Shown: positions 28,846 through 36,560 of the stretch, piece by piece | Layout: each line of letters opens with the position of its first letter | How positions within the stretch are numbered: the first letter of the stretch is position 1 | Source of the DNA: an uncultured Candidatus Bathyarchaeia archaeon | GTDB lineage: Archaea; Thermoproteota; Bathyarchaeia; Bathyarchaeales; DTEX01 | Direction: 5' to 3' | NCBI GenBank assembly: GCA_964422605.1 | Contig: CAYRBK010000001.1 | Span: forward strand, 34,025 to 98,024 | Length of the DNA stretch: 64,000 bases | Notes under the pieces: model-generated | What the model saw: only the letters and a program-made list of their open reading frames with translations | Told to the model about the DNA's origin: nothing | Databases searched by the model: none | Translations under genes and position numbers: made by a program

Positions 28846-29498
28846 CTAGGGAAGCCCCTCAAACAGGAAACTGAGCAGAGACACCACGACATAGTACGTG
28901 ATCAGAAGGGCTACTGCTACAAGCAAGTTTCTTTTCCACTTCGCGGGGTTCCATGCAATCCCGAAAGTAAGACCTATGATAAAACCGGTAACATGTCCTA
29001 AGTAGCCTACGTTTCCGCCGCCCCCAGTCAGGACTGCTGCCACGTTATAGACAAAGTGGAGGAGCGCCACCAAGCCAAGTGGCATGAGCAAGACCCAAGA
29101 CAACTTGAGTGGCCTAATGAGCATTGCGACGGCTGCCAAGGTGAATATTGCAGCTGATGCTCCCAACATAACAGTGCTGGGTTCGCACACGAACATACTC
29201 AAAACAAATGACAAAACGCCGCCAGTAAGAAAGGCGGCTAGAACCTTGGCTACTTCAATCTCTTCCTCCAAAGTAGCTCCAAAGGCATAGAGGAAAACCA
29301 TGTTGGCTAAGAGGTACAGAAGGTCACGTGTATGAACAGAGCGGTGATGACAACCCAGAACCGTCCTTGAAGAAAGGAGTTGGCGCTGAAAAGTAGGAGA
29401 TTAGTCAGCAAGTCTGCCTCAGCGTGTGAGAAAGCTAGGGTCCAGTAAATCAGCGTCGAGACTATGCATAAAATAGTGAGCTTTACAGTCGCTTTCAA
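28846..29498 (-). pseudogene. Rhomboid family intramembrane serine protease, split by a -1 frameshift
   Basis: The upstream ORF (29307-29498) ends ...RFWVVITALFIHVTFCTS*. The downstream frame, extended upstream of its ATG, reads ...RDLLYLLANMVFLYAFGATLEE. Joining them with a -1 shift gives FIHRDLLYLLANM, the H-x4-(H/Y)-x3-N TM2 motif. The downstream part carries the catalytic GASAAIF (Ser) and GHVTGFIIG (His). Confidence 0.75.
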
Positions 29499-29537
29499 GT
29501 GAACTTACACCTGAGCCTTGACTGCCTCCGGTCTTCC

Positions 29538-30227
29538 TCACAGACTTGATCCACAGCAAAGCAGCGGTTGAGTTCTTTCTGCATAGGTCGTAGGTTCGGT
29601 CTCTTTGACCGTTCCGTCCTCTACGTCTAGGATGTAAATCGTGTGAATGCGGGCGTTCCTTATCTCCTCCATGCTGACCGGAGGACTGCTATAGTAAAGG
29701 TCGCATAGAGCTTTGATATCTCTTATCTCTTTCCTTTGGCGATCACGCGGAGGCTTGATCAAAGCTGGGGGGATATGCATGGCATAGTGGGGCGGAACCG
29801 CCAATCCGAATTTCTCAGCGTAGCCGCTGTAACGGGTTATCTTACTTGCTATCCTCGCTTGGATATAGGTTGATGGGTCCAACGCGTGTTCGGGAGGCAC
29901 GAAACTGGTCTCCACCTCGACTATGAAGCTTCCGAGTCCCTTCGTAGCGTAGATATCGCAGGACAAGCTGTCCAGAGTTCGCTCCAAATCAACGTTATAG
30001 CCGGCTAGAACAAGGTATTTGGCACAGACAAGTTCCATAACGGAATGGTTAATCTTGACCAAATTGCTTCGGTGGAGAGAGACAAGTCGATCTTTCAGCC
30101 TCATGATCTCTTTCGATACGCGTTCATCCTCATTTTGAGATAGCTTCTGTGCCAAAGAGTCTAGGTCTCTCTCGAATCTTTCCACGGTGGCCTGTTTCAC
30201 CCTATACAGAATGTTAGACGCTTCCAT
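29538..30227 (-). CDS. Hypothetical protein: N-terminal coiled coil plus a possible PD-(D/E)xK-like core
   Basis: 229-aa ORF. Residues ~60-110 read MELVCAKYL...SCDIYATKGLGSFIVEVETS, a pattern of helix-E, strand-D and strand-ExE/T. I recognise no family. Confidence 0.5.
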   Translation of the reverse strand: MEASNILYRVKQATVERFERDLDSLAQKLSQNEDERVSKEIMRLKDRLVSLHRSNLVKINHSVMELVCAKYLVLAGYNVDLERTLDSLSCDIYATKGLGSFIVEVETSFVPPEHALDPSTYIQARIASKITRYSGYAEKFGLAVPPHYAMHIPPALIKPPRDRQRKEIRDIKALCDLYYSSPPVSMEEIRNARIHTIYILDVEDGTVKETEPTTYAERTQPLLCCGSSL

Positions 30228-30487
30228 TTAAAATTTTGTGTAATGGCAACGGAGACTGAGCCGAAACTCGCGCCTGACGCCAGACCTGAGCCTAGGAGCC
30301 ACCGGATCTAGCCAGCCCTTCCGATCCCCGGGTATGGGTCAATTGCGACCCCCTCTCTCATAATTGACAGCCTAGAAGAGGACACCAGCACAGCAGAGAC
30401 GGATTTGGGAATCAGAGGAAACCAGACTTCCATTTTTCACCTTGTTTTAGCTGGGAATATGATTCACTTCATTTTTCTGTGCAAAAG

Positions 30488-30497
30488 TCTTATATTC
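30488..30497 (+). promoter_or_regulatory. Putative BRE/TATA for the candidate ncRNA
   Basis: GCAAAAGTCTTATATTCC places TTATATT at 30490-30496, about 25 nt upstream of the first base of the closing helix. The surrounding 80 nt are AT-rich. Confidence 0.4.
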
Positions 30498-30517
30498 CGC
30501 AACGCCGCAACTCATTA

Positions 30518-30790
30518 CCCCAAGCTGGGAAGCAGGCTTCAAGTATTGCATTGAAGCGAAGAGCGGACCGGTTGAAACGGCTGAAGACTGGTCTGCGACA
30601 AAGACTTCGCCTCGATGGGTTGGCCAATACTTTAAGCGCAACGCGGCGAGGCATTGAACCCGCCAGACGAAACAGCTGAAGACTGGCGTGTGCCGAAGAC
30701 AAAGCCTTGTCGGGCTGGGCGCGCGCTGGAGGCTTAGACCCAGCTTGGACTTCTCAGAGAGAAATTCGCGTAGTGTCCGTTTGTTTTTTG
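30518..30790 (+). ncRNA. Candidate structured non-coding RNA (~270 nt), family unassigned
   Basis: A 10-bp closing helix pairs CCAAGCUGGG (30520-30529) with CCCAGCUUGG (30739-30748). Two paralogous hairpins (30563-30596 and 30661-30688) close the same 16-nt loop, NNGAAAC(G/A)GCUGAAGA, and their stems differ by compensatory pair changes. The G:U pairs exist only in the plus-strand reading. A TATA lies upstream and a T6 run at 30784-30789. Confidence 0.45.
30784..30789 (+). terminator. Oligo-T tract (TTTTTT), candidate archaeal terminator for the ncRNA
   Basis: GTTTGTTTTTTG lies 36 nt after the 3' strand of the closing helix. Confidence 0.35.
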
Positions 30791-30806
30791 CCAGGATTCA
30801 CTACAT

Positions 30807-32567
30807 TCATGCCTGTATGGTCTTCAACTGGCCTCTGTACATCTCAGTTATCTCATTCACTGATGTGGCGTCTTCCGCCGATTTGTCCAGCCTATAGTTC
30901 CCCGTGAACCTTGGAAACCTTATGGCTAGGCCGCTTCTCTTCCTTATGGCGTCCATCGCACATGTGTGGATTGGACTGAGCGTGATCTCAGCTCCGATGA
31001 TCTCTAGGACTACTTTGGGCTCGAACCATACATCCGCCTCCAAGTTAGACTCAACCCTAGGATGTTGATGGCCAATTCTGTGCGGCTCCACCATCTTGGG
31101 GATTTTTTCAAGGTCTTCGTCTGTGAACCCTGATCCGCATTTGCAGACGGTTTCGAAAATGTCATCATCCGGATTGTAAGCTGCGAGGAGGAGCGCGCCG
31201 TATGTTCCTGCTCTTTTTCCTCTTCCATGGAAGGCTCCTACAACGACCAAGTCAACGGTGTCCCTCATCTCGCTTTTGTAGTCTCGTTTGTATTTGATCC
31301 ATAGCCACCCCCTCGCTCCGGCTTGGTAGATCGAACCATCGCTTGTGGACTTGCATACCAATCCTTCGCATCCATTCTCTATGGCCTCTTCGAAGAATCT
31401 CTCCAGCTCCTCAGGATCATCTGTCAGTATGGATTTTGCCGTACGTACCCTTTCGCTTGCCTTTGCTAGGCCCTCTAGAGTTTTGTGGCGAGCGGGATAG
31501 TTCTCTAGAGTCATGTCCCTTCCATCAATGTAGAGAACGTCGAACAGAAGCAACGAAACAGGGTATTCCTTTATCGCCTGTTGGATTCCGTATTTCCGTC
31601 TCCTGTGCATAAGTTCCTGAAAAGGCTTCATCTCGCCAGTGTCCAAATCTATCGCCACGCACTCGGCTTCTACTATAGTCTTTTCAGGCACTATGTCCTC
31701 TCTAACCAGTTCAACCGCGTCTGGGTACTGGTCGGTTATGTTTTCAAGTCTTCTTGAGAAAAGAGACACTTGGCCCGTGTCTTTGTGGATTTGTATTCTC
31801 TCGCCGTCATACTTGTATTCAGCTATGCATTCTCCACCAAGCTTTTCCAGAATCTCCTTAGGGGAGCCTAATCTTTCAGCCATCATCGGTCTGATAGGCT
31901 TTCCGAGCGAGACTTTGAAATCCTTCAGACTTTCCATGCCGGCCTCAACGACTACCTCTGCAACTTTGCCTAGATCGGAAGAGACGTTGTAGGCTCTCTC
32001 CAATAGGGGTCTTGAATCTTTGCCGCCGCCATAGGCTATGGCCAACGCGTCCAGTACAGTCATGTCAGCTATTCCAAGCCGGAGCTTGCTAGTGACGGTT
32101 CTGATGATGTACTTAGCCTCTTTCGGCTTAGCGTCGGTAAGAAGACCGGCCAGGAGGTTTGTCTTCTGTTCCATCGATCCTGAGCCGGATGCCTTTGCCA
32201 TCTTGTCAAGAGTCTGGTAGACCCTCTCAACTGTGAGGGGCTTTGTAAAGAACGTAGCTTGGAGTCTTTTTTCTAGAAGTCTTTGGGCTGTCTCGCCTAG
32301 GTCTCCGGTCTTCTTCAGGTCTTCATCGATCTCTTTCTCGTTTCTACCCGTCGCCTTGGCGACTGCTCTTATGGCCAGTTTCTCTGCTATCCCTATCTCT
32401 ATTCCCGTGAAGTCAGGGTAGAGTTTTCCTTGTGTGAGGTAGATTACTTTATCGATTAATGCTTTTGGCGTCTTTCTAAGGAAATCGACTAGATAATCAG
32501 TCATCTCCAACCTTTTCGTGGTGTCTTCGATCTTCTCGTAAGCGTCCGCAACCAATGAGTAGTCCAA
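30807..32567 (-). CDS. lig: ATP-dependent DNA ligase
   Basis: 586 aa with the adenylation motif AEYKYDGERIQIH plus EGLVCK and WLWIKYKRDY. TTG start. Confidence 0.93.
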   Translation of the reverse strand: MDYSLVADAYEKIEDTTKRLEMTDYLVDFLRKTPKALIDKVIYLTQGKLYPDFTGIEIGIAEKLAIRAVAKATGRNEKEIDEDLKKTGDLGETAQRLLEKRLQATFFTKPLTVERVYQTLDKMAKASGSGSMEQKTNLLAGLLTDAKPKEAKYIIRTVTSKLRLGIADMTVLDALAIAYGGGKDSRPLLERAYNVSSDLGKVAEVVVEAGMESLKDFKVSLGKPIRPMMAERLGSPKEILEKLGGECIAEYKYDGERIQIHKDTGQVSLFSRRLENITDQYPDAVELVREDIVPEKTIVEAECVAIDLDTGEMKPFQELMHRRRKYGIQQAIKEYPVSLLLFDVLYIDGRDMTLENYPARHKTLEGLAKASERVRTAKSILTDDPEELERFFEEAIENGCEGLVCKSTSDGSIYQAGARGWLWIKYKRDYKSEMRDTVDLVVVGAFHGRGKRAGTYGALLLAAYNPDDDIFETVCKCGSGFTDEDLEKIPKMVEPHRIGHQHPRVESNLEADVWFEPKVVLEIIGAEITLSPIHTCAMDAIRKRSGLAIRFPRFTGNYRLDKSAEDATSVNEITEMYRGQLKTIQA

Positions 32568-32677
32568 GACATACCCCTATAACCTAAGAGCTTTGAGCGA
32601 TATTAAAGCTAAGCGTTCCGTCTCTTAAAGAGCAACTATGACCAGACTTCGTGGTTGGGATACCGAACCCGTGGAGG

Positions 32678-33628
32678 CTAGAATCTTACACGCGATCCGC
32701 ATCTGGGACAATAGGCAGCATCTAACGGAAACCTCTGGCCGCATCTGAAGCAGAAACTAGGCTGAGGAGTACGCCGGTTCAGCTCAGGCGGAGGGATCGG
32801 TGGCGCAATCAAAACCCTTGGCTGAAGAGGTTGTGTTAGTCTGACAGCTTCCTCTCTGATGCGCATCGAATAGTAGAGATAGGTAAGCGCGATGGGGTGC
32901 AATGGTTGGGCAAGAGATGTGAAAACACTTATGAGGAACCATCTCACGGCAGCCGTCTGTACTCCAAAGGAACCTAGGAAAACATCTTCAATGGCCCCCC
33001 AGAGGATGTCTCCTGCTATATATGTTAGGGCAGTGATGAGAAAGACTGAGAGGAGAGCTACGAAGGTCTTTCCCCATCTCCCAGCCGTCAATCTTCTGCT
33101 TCTGCGAAGGCTTTGAACAACCCCCAATCGTTCTACCATGACTACTTGCACTGCGAGACTGAACATAACTGCTACAATGACCCCCGGTACAACGAAAAGA
33201 GTGAGACCCAGTATCATCAGGACCCCCGTTATGAACCCAATCGCCAAAAGCGACGGAGAGTCAGAAATGGCAAAACGGAACGCTTTCCTGAGTTCCACCC
33301 GTCTTCCCTCCAGCATATCTGAGGAGCATTTGATAGCAATCCCATTGGACAAGGTGCTCAGAACCCAGTTTGCCAACACGGACAGAGCGACCAGCGGGAT
33401 TGCGACGACTAGATAGTCGATCAGCCATAGGAAGAACTCCTCTGTCAGGTCCTGCGGGAAAACGAAGTTCGGCATCAACCAGCCTGTGAATTGGCTAATG
33501 GCGCCGTTCGCAAAGTTCGTGAGCAGGAAGGGAATCAGGAAACATTCGAACCTGGCTAGGTAGAGATTGAGGGCGCTGCTCAGTATCTCTGCGACTGAAA
33601 GCTCGCGATGATGGACCTGAGAGGCCAT
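32678..33628 (-). CDS. Polytopic membrane protein with a C-terminal zinc ribbon
   Basis: 316 aa with about 6 TM segments. The C-terminus FCFRCGQRFPLDAAYCPRCGSRV has two CxxC pairs. Confidence 0.6.
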   Translation of the reverse strand: MASQVHHRELSVAEILSSALNLYLARFECFLIPFLLTNFANGAISQFTGWLMPNFVFPQDLTEEFFLWLIDYLVVAIPLVALSVLANWVLSTLSNGIAIKCSSDMLEGRRVELRKAFRFAISDSPSLLAIGFITGVLMILGLTLFVVPGVIVAVMFSLAVQVVMVERLGVVQSLRRSRRLTAGRWGKTFVALLSVFLITALTYIAGDILWGAIEDVFLGSFGVQTAAVRWFLISVFTSLAQPLHPIALTYLYYSMRIREEAVRLTQPLQPRVLIAPPIPPPELNRRTPQPSFCFRCGQRFPLDAAYCPRCGSRVRF

Positions 33629-33737
33629 AGAGCTGCTCCATCCCTGACCTGGAGACTGACATACATCCTACTAGATCGGTACCATTTATACTTAATCAGC
33701 CCGTCCCCTCAGAAAAACCCGACTTCTGAGCCAGCCC

Positions 33738-33752
33738 AAAAAGCTTTATAGG
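33738..33752 (+). promoter_or_regulatory. Putative BRE/TATA for fen
   Basis: AAAAAGCTTTATAGG lies about 70 nt upstream of the ATG. The SD-like GGTGGAGGG lies close upstream of the start. Confidence 0.4.
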
Positions 33753-33819
33753 TTTTCCTAGTTACACAGTTCCGTGGCTACAGTCGCATTGTACTGAATG
33801 GTGGAGGGTTGATTATTGG

Positions 33820-34851
33820 ATGGGTGTTGACTTAGGAGACCTAGTGCCCAAAACAACCGTGGATTTGAGGAATCTCGGCGGAAAGAAGGTGGCCATCGAC
33901 GCATACAATGCCCTATACCAGTTTCTCGCAATCATAAGGCAACCTGATGGAACGCCTCTCAGAGACCGCACTGGAAAAATAACGAGTCATCTGAGCGGGC
34001 TTTTCTACAGAACATGCAATCTGTTGGAGTTAGGGATCAAGGTCATCTATGTCTTCGACGGAGTCCCCCCAACACTCAAAGAGGCGGAGATCAAAAGAAG
34101 GTCAAAGGTCAAAGAAGAAGCGTTGGCAAAATATGAAAAAGCCTTGAGCGAAGGTAAGACCGAAGAAGCTCGGATGTACGCTCAGATGACATCCCGCCTT
34201 AAAGACTACATGGCTGACGACTCAAAACGGCTACTAGGCTATATGGGCGTTCCATGGGTTCAGGCACCATCGGAAGGCGAGGCTCAAGCAGCACACATCG
34301 TGATAAAAGGCGAAGCAGACTATTGTGCCAGCCAAGACTTTGACAGCCTCCTGTTCGGAGCACCATTCTTGCTGAGAAACCTGACGATCTCCGGTAGAAG
34401 AAAGCTGCCAAGGAAAAAAGTCTATGTCGAGGTTATCCCAGAAATCGTTGAACTGCGCAAAGTTCTAGCCGAATTAGGCATTACGCATGAACAGCTAATA
34501 GACATCGGGATAGCAATAGGCACAGACTTCAACCCTGATGGCGCGAAGGGGATAGGACCCAAAACAGCGCTCAAGTTGATCAAAACCCATGGGAACGTCG
34601 AAAAGGCTCTTCCTGCGTTGAAGGGAGCCGAGTTCCCAGTTCACCCCAGACAGATAAGAGAAATCTTTCTCCACCCCAAGGTTACGGACGGTTACAGAAT
34701 CGAGTGGCGCGAACCCGACGTCGACGGCGTCGTGGGCTTTCTCTGCGGCGAGAGAGACTTCTCTGAAGACCGTGTGCGAAAAGCCCTTGAGAAGACAATT
34801 GAAGGTTCGAAGAAAGCAAAGGAAAAAACTACGCTAGAAGCCTGGTTCTAG
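33820..34851 (+). CDS. fen: Flap endonuclease 1
   Basis: 343 aa with MGVDLGDLV...AIDAYNALYQFL, GEAQAA and a C-terminal PIP-like TLEAWF. Confidence 0.93.
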   Translation: MGVDLGDLVPKTTVDLRNLGGKKVAIDAYNALYQFLAIIRQPDGTPLRDRTGKITSHLSGLFYRTCNLLELGIKVIYVFDGVPPTLKEAEIKRRSKVKEEALAKYEKALSEGKTEEARMYAQMTSRLKDYMADDSKRLLGYMGVPWVQAPSEGEAQAAHIVIKGEADYCASQDFDSLLFGAPFLLRNLTISGRRKLPRKKVYVEVIPEIVELRKVLAELGITHEQLIDIGIAIGTDFNPDGAKGIGPKTALKLIKTHGNVEKALPALKGAEFPVHPRQIREIFLHPKVTDGYRIEWREPDVDGVVGFLCGERDFSEDRVRKALEKTIEGSKKAKEKTTLEAWF

Positions 34852-35048
34852 CAAAGGGAATCCACAAGCAAAGTATGAAAGGCTCTCCCTTGAGCAAATC
34901 ACCGCCAATGCTGACAAGAACCCGAGAAGATATCTCTTGCTGCTGGCTCTTGCCAAAACTTATTAGTCAAACGTGGACTATTAGATAGGGCACTAATCGG
35001 CTCAAGCCTTCGGTAGAAAAATGGGATAATGGCAAGAAGGCCTGGACT

Positions 35049-36560
35049 ATGGCTGATCTTCGCGGGAATGAACGAAAGACGTTGCAGGCGCTTGAGAATG
35101 CTGGAGGACGCATGTCTATTCCTGACATTGTCAAGGCAACTGGTCTGGCTCACGCTGCGGTTATGCGTGCCGCCCTCTCGCTCGAGACAAGAATACTAGC
35201 AGAGGTTCTTGAGAAGAAGTCTGAGAAGGCCTCGCTCAGCGAGGAGGGAAAGAGGTATGCCGATAGAGGGCTCCCTGAGAGACATCTGGTTAATGCGCTT
35301 AAGGGTATGGGTGGTGAGGGATATGTCGGAGCGGCTCTTGAAGCTGCCTCCCTAGAGAAGAGCCTTTCAGTGATCGCTCTGGGGTGGCTGAGCCGAAAGG
35401 GATGGGCGAAGATAGGCAGGAAGGATCAGATGGTAACCTTGCTGAAGGATCCGCCTAAGGGAGGGGACGAGAAGCTCTTAGCACTGCTGAAGGAAAAAGG
35501 AACCGTAACCATCGGCGATCTGGAGAAGGAACTCCGTCAAACCGTTTACGTACTGAAAAGAAGGAACCTCGTCGAGATACAAGAGGAGACCTCAAGGGAA
35601 CTACGGCTGACAGAAGAGGGATGGAACCTAGCAAAGAAGGGCGCGGAGGTCCGTGAGGAAGTCAGCCAGCTGACACCAGCACTTATCGCGACTGGCAGAT
35701 GGCGCGAAGCCAATCTGATGAAGTACAATATCAAAGCACCTGTGGCCCATGTCTGGCCGGGCAAGAAGCATCCCTATCTGAGGTTTTTGGACGATTTGAA
35801 GAGGAAGCTTGTCGCCCTCGGCTTCAGGGAGATGGTTGGACCGGCAGTTGAGCTTAGTTTCTTCAACTGTGACGGACTGTATATGCCTCAAGACCATCCG
35901 GCGCGAGATATACACGATATGTACTTCGTTAAGGAACCCGAATATGGCAGCTTAGACCGTTATAGCCAGTTCTTGGAAAGCGTGGGAAAGACGCATGAAA
36001 ACGGTTGGAAGACAGGTTCGAAAGGCTGGAGCTACGCTTTCTCTGCGCTTGAGGCTGCCCGCTTAATGCTTCGAAGCCAGACAACCTCGGTCAGTGCGAG
36101 AACACTGATAAGTAGCGAGCTAGAGATTCCGGGAAAATACTTCTCTATCGCCCGCTGTTACCGCCCCGATGTGGTTGATAAGACCCATCTCACAGAATTC
36201 AACCAGGTAGAGGGCATAGTTCTGGGAGAAGCCCTGACATTAAGAGACCTTTTGGGCGTCCTAGGAAGGTTCGCTGTAGATGTCGCAGGCGCGGACAAAG
36301 TGAGATACAGGCCTGACTATTTTCCTTTCACTGAACCCAGCGTCGAGCTGGTAGCCTACAAGGAAAGCTACGGATGGCTCGAATTTGGCGGGTCAGGAAT
36401 CTTTCGTCCAGAAGTCACCTTACCGCTGGGCATCAAAGTCCCAGTACTAGCCTGGGGCCTAGGCGCCGACCGGTTGTTCATGATGAAAACAGGAATCGAC
36501 GACATGCGATATCTTTTCGGCCATGACCTAGAATGGATGAGGCGCATGGAGTTGGTCTAG
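35049..36560 (+). CDS. pheS: Phenylalanine--tRNA ligase alpha subunit
   Basis: 503 aa with class II motifs (FRPDYFPFTEPS, GSGIFRPEV, GLGADRL) after N-terminal wHTH repeats. Confidence 0.92.
   Translation: MADLRGNERKTLQALENAGGRMSIPDIVKATGLAHAAVMRAALSLETRILAEVLEKKSEKASLSEEGKRYADRGLPERHLVNALKGMGGEGYVGAALEAASLEKSLSVIALGWLSRKGWAKIGRKDQMVTLLKDPPKGGDEKLLALLKEKGTVTIGDLEKELRQTVYVLKRRNLVEIQEETSRELRLTEEGWNLAKKGAEVREEVSQLTPALIATGRWREANLMKYNIKAPVAHVWPGKKHPYLRFLDDLKRKLVALGFREMVGPAVELSFFNCDGLYMPQDHPARDIHDMYFVKEPEYGSLDRYSQFLESVGKTHENGWKTGSKGWSYAFSALEAARLMLRSQTTSVSARTLISSELEIPGKYFSIARCYRPDVVDKTHLTEFNQVEGIVLGEALTLRDLLGVLGRFAVDVAGADKVRYRPDYFPFTEPSVELVAYKESYGWLEFGGSGIFRPEVTLPLGIKVPVLAWGLGADRLFMMKTGIDDMRYLFGHDLEWMRRMELV

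Noticed and set aside
30563-30688. Mini-CRISPR array, suggested by two GAAAC-containing repeats about 94 bp apart
   Set aside because: There are only two copies, at about 70% identity, and each sits inside its own hairpin with compensatory changes. No cas genes or leader are present. The repeats behave as RNA structural modules, not CRISPR repeats.
30228-30806. RNase P RNA or SRP RNA as the identity of the structured region
   Set aside because: No GAGGAAAGUCC (CR-I) is present. The GGCUUA just before the 3' closing strand lacks the ACAGAA spacing of CR-V. GGGAAGCAGGC resembles the SRP AGCAGC word, but the complementary CAGG...GGAA side is missing. The branched architecture also does not fit SRP. 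The identity is left unassigned rather than forced.
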